Origin: a virus
IMG/VR virus record: IMGVR_UViG_3300034073_002585
Coordinates: 32,001 to 96,000 of that record
DNA: 64,000 nt
Reading direction: 5' to 3' (one strand)
Shown piece by piece: positions 48,925 to 59,154 of this stretch (positions within the stretch are counted from its first letter, which is position 1; every line of letters starts with the position of its first letter). A program made the position numbers and the translations under genes. The notes under the pieces were generated by a model. That model was not told the DNA's origin. It saw only the letters and a list, made by a program, of their open reading frames with translations, and searched no databases.

Positions 48925-49286
48925 TGGCAAAGATACTTGTGGATAGGTTTCCCTGTAACCTGGTGGCCGTGCCTTCAGGATTTACAGATGACATGACTAC
49001 TCTATGTAGTCAGCCTCCCACCCAAAAAGCAAACTACTTAGACGTTACGAGGGTGATTGTTACTGATGAGCACATATTGGTCGCTAAAGACAGCCCCCAG
49101 GGGCCGCAAATCGTATTTCGAGAGACATATGAAACGTTCGTGGGCTCTCAAGACGCTGGTGAAGACTCTTATGTCACCACTTCGTCGGGAAAAATGCTAG
49201 CCTTCAGGAAAGATAGAGGCTGCGGATGTGGTTCTAGGCTTAGAGGCTGGAATCCGTACAACACAATAAACTCAATTAAAGACTAA
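48924..49286 (+). CDS. hypothetical protein
   Basis: GCGCGSRL motif; coupled to terL. Confidence 0.7.
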   Translation: MAKILVDRFPCNLVAVPSGFTDDMTTLCSQPPTQKANYLDVTRVIVTDEHILVAKDSPQGPQIVFRETYETFVGSQDAGEDSYVTTSSGKMLAFRKDRGCGCGSRLRGWNPYNTINSIKD

Positions 49287-50269
49287 TGATTAGCCAAGAC
49301 ACAATTTTTGTTAGTGTCCCTGCTTTCAACGAGGTCGATAGAGTTGTGCAGACAATAACTAATGCCATAGAGATGGCTGATAGCCCAGAAAATTTATTTT
49401 TTGGTGTAGTACTGCATGAATCAGTCGAGATGTCTGAAATACCTGAACTGCCTCAAACTAAAATCATCAGAGTACTCTTCCCCTCTGGACTCGGAAGTGG
49501 CCTGACGAGGCTAATGACGCACACTATGTATAACAAACAAAAGTATTTCTTAGCTGTGGATTGTCACACGCTATTTGCTCGTTCCTGGGATAAAAAATTA
49601 GTATCTCAGTACGAAGAAATTAGACAAAACGAGAGCCTAGAGAAAGCTGTGATAACACATCCAGGAATAGTCTGGTGGCAAGAATCAGACGGAACTGTCG
49701 TTAACTATCCGATTAACGGGGAACCTGACCCAAAGATGCTTCATGGGGCTCCACAAATCTATAAAATCGATAAAAAGTATGTCCGTAAAGATTTCCCAGA
49801 GACTGACGGAGATTACACATTAAGAATTAATCACGACTACTCGAAAAAATATACTGAAAACCTTACGATGTCTTGGAATTTCTGCTTCGGGATGCCTGAA
49901 TTTTTTATGTATGACATTCCTGTTCAGCCATACTCCTACTACAAAGGTGACCAGGAGCTAGTTGCATTAAGAGCGTGGACTAGAGGGTATAAATTCTATT
50001 CAATTAATACTCCGATAGTCTGGTCTTTAGATAAAGGGAAAGACAAACTGCTTTCGCGGTACGATAGACACACTGAAGTAGAATCTACACCAAGCGAATA
50101 TTTAGATTTAAAAAGAAACAATAGCTGGCTAGGCATAGAAGAAGGTTTAAAGTATTTCTGGGGCGACAAATTCGGGTTTTATGGCGCTCCTGACAAAGAA
50201 TCTTGGGAAAACTACATGAATAGGCTAGGATATCTAGAACTAATTAATCAGAAGAAAGTAGAAGACTAA
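49286..50269 (+). CDS. glycosyltransferase, GlcNAc/GT60 (Skp1-hydroxyproline GlcNAc transferase-like)
   Basis: IFVSVPAF, YFLAVDCHTLF...WD, GDQE...LRAWTRGY. Confidence 0.7.
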   Translation: MISQDTIFVSVPAFNEVDRVVQTITNAIEMADSPENLFFGVVLHESVEMSEIPELPQTKIIRVLFPSGLGSGLTRLMTHTMYNKQKYFLAVDCHTLFARSWDKKLVSQYEEIRQNESLEKAVITHPGIVWWQESDGTVVNYPINGEPDPKMLHGAPQIYKIDKKYVRKDFPETDGDYTLRINHDYSKKYTENLTMSWNFCFGMPEFFMYDIPVQPYSYYKGDQELVALRAWTRGYKFYSINTPIVWSLDKGKDKLLSRYDRHTEVESTPSEYLDLKRNNSWLGIEEGLKYFWGDKFGFYGAPDKESWENYMNRLGYLELINQKKVED

Positions 50270-50273
50270 TCTG

Positions 50274-50564
50274 ATGGAAATTACAGCTGTAAATTTTATA
50301 ATTCTGGCTCTTGGAGCTTTTAGATTGACTCATTTGATTACGACAGACGCGATTGCTGACGGTTTCCGTACCTGGGTGTGGTCAAAATACTCCCCGATGA
50401 CCAAAATCGGGTACCTAATCACCTGTAATTGGTGTACAGGGTTCTGGGTTTCACTACTTTTCGTAATTGGAGTCTCAATTTTACCCCAAGTTACCTTTGT
50501 GGTATCATTAATCTTGGCTATTTCTGCTGCAATCGGGCTACTTTCAGCCTGGATTGAGCGATAG
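50274..50564 (+). CDS. DUF1360-like membrane protein
   Basis: FRLTHLIT.D...R...LITCNWC.GFW. Confidence 0.8.
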   Translation: MEITAVNFIILALGAFRLTHLITTDAIADGFRTWVWSKYSPMTKIGYLITCNWCTGFWVSLLFVIGVSILPQVTFVVSLILAISAAIGLLSAWIER

Positions 50565-50583
50565 GAACAGGTAGGAGCCAAAC

Positions 50584-52326
50584 TTGGCAATTTTTAAGAA
50601 AGATAACGCGAACAAGGGCAATGCCCGTCAAAATGTACGCGCTGCTGCTCCGAAGAACGCTACTCGTGTTGCTCCAGGTGTTTCTATCGATTCTTTTGGT
50701 GTTGTTTACGCAGAACCACAGGTATTTAACACACCTAGACCACTTACAGCTGCAGCTGCTCAGGTAAACCTACAAGACAAAGGTGAAGCAGAGCTATTTA
50801 AAGCTCGTCGCCAGTCCGCCTCTACCTCTTGGCAAAGCGAAGCCTGGGAGTACTACGACTCCATTGGCGAAATCAAGTACGCATTTAACTTAGTTGCGTC
50901 TGTTGTATCTCGTATTCGCCTCTATGCAGCTGCAATCAACAACCCAAATGAAGCTCCATCCCCCATCGACAGCGTGGAGCAGGTAGACCCTAGACTTTCA
51001 GCTGCAGCTCAGAGGGCACTTGACCGTCTAAGCTCTGCATTTGGGGGACAGGCGGGTCTTTTGAAGGATGCAGCCCTAAACCTTCAGGTTACAGGTGAGT
51101 GTTACCTGGTTCAGGTTCCAGAGCGAGTTGGCTCTGGACTACCAGAATCCTGGGACATCCGCTCTGTAGACGAACTTCAAGTTGACGCTAAGGGCAACTA
51201 CATCATTAATCCCCGCCGTGAGATTGGCGGTGGTACTGCATCTTTTATGTCTCAGGGCAATAAAGAAGCGATTGCACTACCTAGAAGCGCATTTGTTGGT
51301 CGTATCTGGCGCTCACACCCTCGCTACACCCAAGAAGCTGATTCTTCTATACGAGGACTTTTGGACCTCTGCGCTGAACTACTCTTGCTCAACCGCACAT
51401 TCCGTGCCACCGCACGCTCGCGTCTCAACGCTGGTGCCTTATACCTACCTGACGGTCTGTCGGTTGCAGCAAGTCCTGACCCTGACTATCCTTATGATGA
51501 AGACGGGGAATACAACGAGCAGTTCAACCCAGACGAAGCAGCAGACGAGTTTGAAGACCAGCTCATTGATGCAATGACCACCCCAATTAAGGACGAGGAC
51601 TCTGCTTCCGCAGTTGTTCCTCTAATTATTCGTGGTCCTGCTGAACTTGGTGACAAGATTAAGCAGTTCAAGTTCGAGCGTTCATTCGACCCAGCTCTTG
51701 CTCAGCGTGCAGACCGTGTACTAGAGCGTATCATGCAGGGCCTAGACGTCCCTAAGGACGTTGTGACGGGTCTAGCCAACGTTAAGTACTCTAACGCTCT
51801 TCAGATTGATGAAGCCCTCTACAAGGCCCACATCGAGCCTCTGATGCTACTTATCGTTGACGCACTGACTGTCATGTACTTGCGTCCATATCTAGTTGCC
51901 AACGGCTACCCCGCTGAAGAAGTAAAGAACGTCTGCATTTGGTATGACCCAAGCCTAGTTGCAACCCGCAATGACCGCGCTGCAGACGCAGACATGGGCT
52001 TCGACAAGATGGCTGTATCTTACGATGCGTGGCGTCGCGCTCATGGATTCTCCGAAGCAGATGCACCAGACCCTAAAGAATTTGCTCTTAGGTTAGTTCT
52101 AAGCAAGGGAATGGTAACGCCTGAATTGACTGAAGCTATGCTACAAGCAGTAGCGCCAGAAATCATGGGCCAAATCAGAAAACAAGCAATGGAGCAGAGC
52201 GGAGCTGGCATTCCACCAGAGGTAGACCAGCTGCTACAAAATGAAGCTCCCGTTGCCGAGCCAGAAGAACAGCCTGAAGGTGGAGACACCGATTCAGCTC
52301 CACCACTAGCGGAACCAGAGGCATAA
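50584..52326 (+). CDS. portal protein
   Basis: Position after terL, 580 aa, WQ.EAW.YYD.IGE actinophage portal-like motif. Confidence 0.8.
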   Translation: MAIFKKDNANKGNARQNVRAAAPKNATRVAPGVSIDSFGVVYAEPQVFNTPRPLTAAAAQVNLQDKGEAELFKARRQSASTSWQSEAWEYYDSIGEIKYAFNLVASVVSRIRLYAAAINNPNEAPSPIDSVEQVDPRLSAAAQRALDRLSSAFGGQAGLLKDAALNLQVTGECYLVQVPERVGSGLPESWDIRSVDELQVDAKGNYIINPRREIGGGTASFMSQGNKEAIALPRSAFVGRIWRSHPRYTQEADSSIRGLLDLCAELLLLNRTFRATARSRLNAGALYLPDGLSVAASPDPDYPYDEDGEYNEQFNPDEAADEFEDQLIDAMTTPIKDEDSASAVVPLIIRGPAELGDKIKQFKFERSFDPALAQRADRVLERIMQGLDVPKDVVTGLANVKYSNALQIDEALYKAHIEPLMLLIVDALTVMYLRPYLVANGYPAEEVKNVCIWYDPSLVATRNDRAADADMGFDKMAVSYDAWRRAHGFSEADAPDPKEFALRLVLSKGMVTPELTEAMLQAVAPEIMGQIRKQAMEQSGAGIPPEVDQLLQNEAPVAEPEEQPEGGDTDSAPPLAEPEA

Positions 52327-52327
52327 C

Positions 52328-52783
52328 ATGCACCACCCAAACCCTGAAGTTGCTAAAAAGCTTGCAGTTCTACTTTCTGATGTAGTTACTGCAAAGTTTG
52401 TATTGCACGGCTACCATTGGAACGCCCTAGGACCAGACTTTGGAGAGATGCATGACTTCTTCTCCATGCTGTACGAAGATGTTGCAGATTCTATTGACCC
52501 GCTGGCAGAGAACATTCTTAAGGTTGGCTTCCCTGCTCCTTACCTTCTAGCAGATTACGTTGAGATGTCCTGCATCAAGGAAGAGCGTCAGGACGGGACG
52601 TCCACCAAGTTCATGCTCGACTCGGCACTACGAGTTATGGAGCACCTATATGACTGCCACACCGAAGCCCTGCATCTTGCAGAGTCCTGTGACCTTCAAG
52701 GTCTTATGGATTTCCTAGCTGGACGTATTGACATGTACGCGAAGTGGAAGTGGCAGATTAAGGCCTACCTAGGAGTTCGTTAA
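52328..52783 (+). CDS. dps: Dps/ferritin-like DNA protection protein
   Basis: HGYHWN..G.DF...H......YE......D.LAE ferroxidase signature; K..W near the C-terminus. Confidence 0.9.
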   Translation: MHHPNPEVAKKLAVLLSDVVTAKFVLHGYHWNALGPDFGEMHDFFSMLYEDVADSIDPLAENILKVGFPAPYLLADYVEMSCIKEERQDGTSTKFMLDSALRVMEHLYDCHTEALHLAESCDLQGLMDFLAGRIDMYAKWKWQIKAYLGVR

Positions 52784-53575
52784 ATGTCATACCTTGAGAA
52801 CGTTCTTAGAGCTACTGGAGGGCATGCCGCTCCAGAAGAAGTTGTTTATCTTGAGGAAGAGCAAGAAAAAGAAGAAGAGAATCTTTCTTCATACGTAGAC
52901 TCTGTTGTTGCAACTGCTGGCTCTAAGCCAGCACCTAAGAAGGACCAAATTAAGGGTTCGAGCAAGAACGCAAAGGGCTCTGCTTCAGGTGGAAAGACTA
53001 TTACTTTCAGTAAAAATGTAGAGAATTCTTTAAAAGAAAAAGTAGAGTCTCACAACAAAAAGTATGGCGACAATGCTTCTAAAAAGACATCTTTGAAGAC
53101 CCTCAAGGCTGTTTATCGTAGAGGTGCGGGGGCATTCTCCACTTCTCATCGTCCAGACCAGAATCGTAACTCATGGGCGATGGCTCGTGTAAATGCTTTT
53201 CTTCACCTTCTAAGAACTGGAAGCCCGAAAAATAGTAAGTACACAACGGACAATGACCTGCTACCAGCAACCCACCCTAAGTCTTCTAAAAAGAACGCAT
53301 CTTCTTTGACCGCAGCTGCTATGGTGGTGGCTGATACCGTATCTCAGTCTTCCGTTGTAGAACTTTTTAGCTACGAAGATTACGAATCAGACGAGCACGC
53401 AATCTTTTCTTTAGCCGAATACTCTGACTTAGGGTACGAGGCCATCCCTAGCATTAAGGCATCTTGGATTAGGGCACTAGAAGCTGGTGAAGATGCATTC
53501 TCTAGAGCGGCAGATTTGGCCATCAATCTGTATGATAGTAGAGACGCCGACCTACTACCTAAAAAGGAAGCATAA
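52784..53575 (+). CDS. head-module protein (DUF5824-like domain)
   Basis: LKAVYRRGAGAF..SHRP.....WAMARVNAFL. Confidence 0.65.
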   Translation: MSYLENVLRATGGHAAPEEVVYLEEEQEKEEENLSSYVDSVVATAGSKPAPKKDQIKGSSKNAKGSASGGKTITFSKNVENSLKEKVESHNKKYGDNASKKTSLKTLKAVYRRGAGAFSTSHRPDQNRNSWAMARVNAFLHLLRTGSPKNSKYTTDNDLLPATHPKSSKKNASSLTAAAMVVADTVSQSSVVELFSYEDYESDEHAIFSLAEYSDLGYEAIPSIKASWIRALEAGEDAFSRAADLAINLYDSRDADLLPKKEA

Positions 53576-54072
53576 TGAACACATGGGACTCATTGATTCA
53601 TCCCGAAGAGATTGCCGACACTGTTAGCTTCTATAACGAAAAAGTCGGAGATTCTAGGCATGTCACTGCTGAAACTGCAATTAAGGTAGTGTCCCAGGCT
53701 TTCAACTACTACGACTATCTAGAAGATGAAGAGCGGGCTGACGCAATTAGATATGATTTGCAGAGCTTCTGCGAATATGCAACCACAGCTTTTAACTCAG
53801 AAGATGATTTAAGTTTTTCCGACAGATACTCCAGTCTTTTGGCATCAGGTCACCCGTATGCACCAAAAGTAGACAGACTAGCATTAGCTGATTGGATTGC
53901 TGGTGCTCCAGAGCTTACTTACGCTGGGAAGTCTGCAATTGTTGCAGCTTTAAACCCATATACCGACCTAGAAGTAGTTAGACATGCCAATATTCGTCTG
54001 ACTATTATGGCTCAAAACTCGGAGCTTTCTGTAAACACAATGTATCTACTAGAAGAAGCACTTCGCTCCTAA
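53575..54072 (+). CDS. hypothetical protein
   Basis: TAATG-coupled ORF. Confidence 0.7.
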   Translation: MNTWDSLIHPEEIADTVSFYNEKVGDSRHVTAETAIKVVSQAFNYYDYLEDEERADAIRYDLQSFCEYATTAFNSEDDLSFSDRYSSLLASGHPYAPKVDRLALADWIAGAPELTYAGKSAIVAALNPYTDLEVVRHANIRLTIMAQNSELSVNTMYLLEEALRS

Positions 54073-54136
54073 CTCGGTATATAACACATTAGGGTAGAAT
54101 TATAGGGAGTTTCTACCTTTATATAGAGGATATTTC

Positions 54137-56992
54137 ATGACTGAAAACCTAGCCCTACTTTCGGATGGCAATTCTTCTGCTGCTCGACGTGCTCGTGTAA
54201 AGCTTCAGCCCCGCGATAAGAAAGGTCGCTGGATTCCTACTGGCGCTTCCTTGTTCGCTATGATTCGCGGCCTCGGCGGCGAGGTAAAGAAGTATCTACT
54301 TAAAGCTATTGGTGGAACTGCAACTAAGAAGGGTGAAAAGAATTACATTAGAGCACTCCTTACTGAGGATGCTCCAGAGCTAGGTCTAAAGAAAAATACC
54401 GTCCTTGAGATTGACCCTAAAAACGGTGAACTAGACACGGGGGTTAAACTAAGTAAAGACTTCCTTCGTAGAAAAGGCATTGACCCAGACCTACAGCACA
54501 CACTACCAAAATCTTTGGCAGAGCAGCCACAGGACGTAAAAGACTTAAACCCACAAGCGGCTGATGACCTAGACATAGAGCTAGCTAATGGAGAGCTTAC
54601 TGACGAAGAAGACAAAGATTTCCGTGCAGAGCGTGATGCAGAGCCACTAGCAAAACTTCCTCCAGGAATGGAGGAGCTAGACCAGAAAGAGGTTGACGCT
54701 CTTCTTGATGGCACCACCGAAGAAGCTCCTAGCCCTTCTGCTGACACTAAAAAATCTCCTTCAGACATGACTATGGATGAACTAAAGAGGGAAATTGAAA
54801 CTCCTGTTGACCCAGCATCTCCAGGGACTTTCGAGCGCTACAACGAAGTTGCTACCGAATTTTATAAGAGAGGCGGATACTCTGTATCGCCTGGACCATC
54901 TGATAGGGCAGTGGATGAAGCTCTAGCTGAAGCTTTCTACAATGGTGAAGTTCCAAATATTGACCAGCTGGTTGATAAGGCTAAGGCTCCTGCCCCTAAG
55001 TCTACTCCTGTAACGGTAGCTAACCTAAAGCCTGGAGATATCGTAAAGGTTAAAGGCGCGGAATATCCTGTTGTGTCCACTAAGCAGCGTAATAGTGGTG
55101 GCTGGGATGTTTTCGTTGACGATAACGGAAGAAATGCCAATATCGCTGCTCTAAAAGATTCAAACGGAAATCCTCTATTCCCAAGCGGTATCCCTGGGAC
55201 CGCTACTCTAGAGAAGACTGGAACTGTCAGTAAGCCAAAGGCTCCTGACGCTACCCCCGACGTAACCCCTGACGCTACCCCGTCGGCTCCAACTAAGAAG
55301 AAAGTCTCTCCTCCTAAGCCAAAGCCTACAAAGAAGCCTCCTAAAGCTTCTACCCCGAAGAAACCGCCTGTTATTCCTCAGGGGCGCGAGGATGATGGAG
55401 AAGATATTTCTCCAAACATCAAACCTCTAGAAGACATGCAAAATGTTAAGGTTGCCAATCTAATTGACCCTAACACTGGAAAGCCAGTTAAGGGGGACAA
55501 TGGAAAGCCTATTGAAGACCCTAATGCTATTTACAATGCCCTACTAGAGCAGAACCCTCAAGCAAAGGTCAGCAAGAGCGGGCACATAATTTTAGAGCGT
55601 CAAGACTTTACTGACAATGACGGTAGGGTTTGGAAGTATGAAGTTGCAGTAGCAAGAACCCATGGAAATAAGTACATGGAGAGGTATACCTTCACCGACG
55701 ATAAAGGTGAAAGCAAGACTTTCTACCACTACGACTACAAAGACTCCTTTGCTGCTATTTATGGCGACAAGAATGGTGTTTATGTTTTCCGTGACCAACT
55801 ACTTGGTAGGGCTATTCCTGGAAAGCAGCCACCTACTAGAAATACTCTGAACTACTTTGGAGAAAAGAAGACACTAAACGACAGAATTAGGTTCTTCAGG
55901 GGGATGACAAAAGAGGGCTTCAAGCCTACCCCCGACGACTTGGCAACAAAGAGTTCGTTTAAACTACTTACTCCCGAAGAAGTAGTATCTAAGTGGCTAA
56001 ACGGGCGCGCCGAGAAATATAACAAGTCTGGCCAAGCTAGGGGTACGGTTCTACAGAACTTTGTTGGCTCAGCATGGGAAGCCATCGAAGCAGATGACCT
56101 TCCTACGTTTGAAGCTAGAATCCAGCAACTACTGGGACGCCTACCAGACGATGAGTCTTCTCGTGAACTTTTGATGAAGGCTCTTCGTGACGGTATCAAA
56201 GAAAAATTCAATGGAACTCCTTTGGGTAGAAAAGTTGCTCCTCTGGCAAACAACCTTGAGAAGAAAATTCTTACCGAAGGCCTCGACATTAGAGACCTAC
56301 AGCGCCGACCATTCTCCGCAAAAGATGGCAAGACTATCGTGGAAAAGGGAAATAAGGTTCGCTACTGGAACAACGTCGGCGAGTGGTCTATTGGTGAAGT
56401 CCTTGCTCAGTTGCCACCAAGAACTAGCACTGGAGGCAAGAATACCTACGATGACGTAGTGGCAGTAAGATTCGGTGATGGAAGCATCCACCTACTGCGT
56501 TCAAACAGAATGGATGTACTTGGTGATGAGCTTGATTTTGACCTGAATCTCCACGACAAAGACTCTGATGCCACAGATTTCAAGCCAAACCTAAAGGGAC
56601 AAGCACTTAGAGATGCCAGAGGTTATGGTTTTGATTTTGGCGAAGAGGAGCGTAGGGACGACGACAATGCAGATGCAGACACAGACGATGTCGTTAACAC
56701 CGCAGACACGGACGCGGCTGCTCCTTACCTAGGCTCAGACGGAGTCGATGCCGACGAACCAGCTGCTGACGATACTGAGGATGCAACTGCCCCAGAAGGA
56801 AACATTGCTGGCTTCGAGGCAGGAGACGTCTGGCCAGACGAGAACGGTGACCGTATGGGAACCTTCGTTGAAGCACAGAAGGTGTCAGACCCAGAGACTG
56901 GTGCCGAAGCATGGGCGGTTATTTGGTTGGACGATGATGGCGACGAGCAATTAGAGATTATTCCTCTAGATTCGAGCCGCGTCCCAAAATAG
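54137..56992 (+). CDS. large head-associated protein, short form (951 aa)
   Basis: Between portal and protease; N-terminal QPRDKKGRW motif; ends at slippery CCCAAAA-TAG. Confidence 0.8.
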   Translation: MTENLALLSDGNSSAARRARVKLQPRDKKGRWIPTGASLFAMIRGLGGEVKKYLLKAIGGTATKKGEKNYIRALLTEDAPELGLKKNTVLEIDPKNGELDTGVKLSKDFLRRKGIDPDLQHTLPKSLAEQPQDVKDLNPQAADDLDIELANGELTDEEDKDFRAERDAEPLAKLPPGMEELDQKEVDALLDGTTEEAPSPSADTKKSPSDMTMDELKREIETPVDPASPGTFERYNEVATEFYKRGGYSVSPGPSDRAVDEALAEAFYNGEVPNIDQLVDKAKAPAPKSTPVTVANLKPGDIVKVKGAEYPVVSTKQRNSGGWDVFVDDNGRNANIAALKDSNGNPLFPSGIPGTATLEKTGTVSKPKAPDATPDVTPDATPSAPTKKKVSPPKPKPTKKPPKASTPKKPPVIPQGREDDGEDISPNIKPLEDMQNVKVANLIDPNTGKPVKGDNGKPIEDPNAIYNALLEQNPQAKVSKSGHIILERQDFTDNDGRVWKYEVAVARTHGNKYMERYTFTDDKGESKTFYHYDYKDSFAAIYGDKNGVYVFRDQLLGRAIPGKQPPTRNTLNYFGEKKTLNDRIRFFRGMTKEGFKPTPDDLATKSSFKLLTPEEVVSKWLNGRAEKYNKSGQARGTVLQNFVGSAWEAIEADDLPTFEARIQQLLGRLPDDESSRELLMKALRDGIKEKFNGTPLGRKVAPLANNLEKKILTEGLDIRDLQRRPFSAKDGKTIVEKGNKVRYWNNVGEWSIGEVLAQLPPRTSTGGKNTYDDVVAVRFGDGSIHLLRSNRMDVLGDELDFDLNLHDKDSDATDFKPNLKGQALRDARGYGFDFGEEERRDDDNADADTDDVVNTADTDAAAPYLGSDGVDADEPAADDTEDATAPEGNIAGFEAGDVWPDENGDRMGTFVEAQKVSDPETGAEAWAVIWLDDDGDEQLEIIPLDSSRVPK

Positions 56993-59154
56993 ATAGGGCT
57001 GCTTCTGGCCCTTCTGACGAGGGTTCGGATTCAGCCCCTAAGCCAAAAGTAGCTAAAAGCTTAGCTGGTAATAACTTTGACCTATCGAAGGTTCGCACCC
57101 TAAATAAGTCAGCTAAGCCTGGTCCAGGTAGACCCAGAACTCGTCCGATTGACCCCAATTGGAATGACCTTAAGGCTATAGAGAGTGAAATTTTCGCTAC
57201 TATACCTGCAGACGTAGACCTAGACGAGTTAAACGATAAAATTTCAGCTGTTCGAGAGGCCAGGGCCTCTGACGATGCTAAGCAATATGCAGCCGCATTG
57301 AGAGATTTAATTGTTTTCCACCAAGACAGTTTTAAAGCTGACGAGTCCTACTCCCCTAGAGACCTAGATGCTGCTGTAAAAGCTGACGAACTGCTTTCCT
57401 CTGACCCTAGGGCCATAGCTGTAGTTAGAGGTGTCTTACACGTAGGAGCTAGGGACGGTAAATCGCCTAAAACCCTAACACAGCTGCTGGATGACGCTAA
57501 GCAGAATTTTAAAGACAATAGAGCAGATGTTAGACCGCATCTTGCAGCTTTAGGTGGCGACTGGGAGACAAAGGGTGCCATCCAACTTGCTGATGACATG
57601 CAGGTCGAATTTGAGGCCGAGTTTATCAGGCAAGGCGCTCACCCTGGCGAAGCGGTGTTTAGGGCGAAACGTAGGGTAGCTCAAGTCTTAAATGACATGG
57701 CAACAGACCACAAGAAGTCCTACATAGTTTTGACATCTAAACAAGATAATGCATCCATAAAACTATTCATGGGCTCCAAGTCAGGAACGATGGTACCTGT
57801 AGCTGCTCCCGATGAGGTTGCCCAGATTCGTGTTGGTATAACTGCTGCAAGAGCTAACAAGTTCAATAAAGACCCTATAAATGTAAATGTTATGGCTAAT
57901 GACAGCACTTCAGCTATGCCTACAGCTGTCTCGTCTCAGCTGGATGATGGTGATTTGGCCTTCACATACTTTGGCGGGGATGGAGTATTTATCTACCCTC
58001 AAAGGGTAAGCAAGATGTTGGCAGATGGAGTCGACTCTAACTGGTTCTCTACCAATATTAAAGACTCTAAAGACCTATACAAGCACCTAATTGTTCATGA
58101 AACTGGTCACCTACAGATGTATAAACTGTGGGGACAAGGTAAAGGTTCTGGTAGAGCAGAGCTAGAGAAAGATTTCACTAACTTTAACGTTTCTAAAGAT
58201 GGAACTAGTGACTATGGTAGCGAGAGTATTTCTGAAAGTTTTGCCGAACAGTACGCTAAGTATTTGTTGACTGGAAATGCTTCGCAAGAATTTATAGACC
58301 TGCTTAGCTCTAAGGGCTTAACTAAGGCTCAGCTAAATAAAAAGTGGCGAGAAAACCACAAGAGTCTATTTAGCTCTGGATATGATATCTTCTTCAAATT
58401 CCTCGATGGTGTTATGGTTGATGACCAGCAGGGAGTTACTCCAGAGTACAATGGACCAGAAGCTAGGGAGTACTCAGATGGCGGAAAATACGGCGCTGGC
58501 ATCGTCCACAGACTCGGTCGTATATTAGGATTTACTAGCAATAAGCCTGACAAAGTTGACTCTATAAAAAATGATAAATATGTCATTTATAGGGGCCTAC
58601 AATCTGCTAACAATAGAACTCCTATTGATATGCATGCTCAGTTTATGTATGCTGATATGCCATACTATGGATACGGCATCCACGGGGATGGCCAGTACTC
58701 AAGTACTAATCGTCGTACTGCTCGCGGTTATGCAGGATATACAGACGACGGGGTAGTAAAAATGCGAGTCAAGCCCACTGCAAAAGTCTATTCAGAAGGT
58801 GGCCGAGGCTCTGACAATCTGTTTGACCCTGCTGTATCTAATGATGGTATCGATATTAGGGACGTCTACGCTAAGCTCTTTGACTCAGATGGAATTTTGG
58901 CTCAAATAGTTCTCAATGAAATTGACCCTGACTTGTCTGGATACGAGTTGCAAGCTCAAATAGACCTTCTAGCTAGAAAATTAGGAATTATTAATGGCAA
59001 CTATATGGGAAGCAAGTCTCACCTAGCTGCCCTTCTAGGCTTTCAAGGTATTGAAATAAATCAAGGTGGAGAGTCTTTTGTAGTTATACTTGATAGGAGT
59101 ATGCTAGAGATGCAAGACCCGAATGCCCAGATAACGCAAGGATTAAACTCATAA
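56983..59154 (+). CDS. -1 frame extension: zincin HExxH domain plus ADP-ribosyltransferase-like domain
   Basis: Frame open from 56938 with no start codon until 57298; VHETGH...ESFAE; IYRG...GIHGDGQYSS. Confidence 0.7.
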   Translation, partial: PKIDRAASGPSDEGSDSAPKPKVAKSLAGNNFDLSKVRTLNKSAKPGPGRPRTRPIDPNWNDLKAIESEIFATIPADVDLDELNDKISAVREARASDDAKQYAAALRDLIVFHQDSFKADESYSPRDLDAAVKADELLSSDPRAIAVVRGVLHVGARDGKSPKTLTQLLDDAKQNFKDNRADVRPHLAALGGDWETKGAIQLADDMQVEFEAEFIRQGAHPGEAVFRAKRRVAQVLNDMATDHKKSYIVLTSKQDNASIKLFMGSKSGTMVPVAAPDEVAQIRVGITAARANKFNKDPINVNVMANDSTSAMPTAVSSQLDDGDLAFTYFGGDGVFIYPQRVSKMLADGVDSNWFSTNIKDSKDLYKHLIVHETGHLQMYKLWGQGKGSGRAELEKDFTNFNVSKDGTSDYGSESISESFAEQYAKYLLTGNASQEFIDLLSSKGLTKAQLNKKWRENHKSLFSSGYDIFFKFLDGVMVDDQQGVTPEYNGPEAREYSDGGKYGAGIVHRLGRILGFTSNKPDKVDSIKNDKYVIYRGLQSANNRTPIDMHAQFMYADMPYYGYGIHGDGQYSSTNRRTARGYAGYTDDGVVKMRVKPTAKVYSEGGRGSDNLFDPAVSNDGIDIRDVYAKLFDSDGILAQIVLNEIDPDLSGYELQAQIDLLARKLGIINGNYMGSKSHLAALLGFQGIEINQGGESFVVILDRSMLEMQDPNAQITQGLNS

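Noticed and set aside
44163-52783. Bacterial chromosome or prophage boundary suggested by katG, HO, tRNA and dps
   Set aside because: These genes are interleaved and coupled with phage genes; no integrase, att duplication or housekeeping synteny
56990-56992. TAG read-through or recoded genetic code
   Set aside because: The downstream coding continues in the -1 frame, not in frame; TAG ends many normal genes; the only tRNA is Asn
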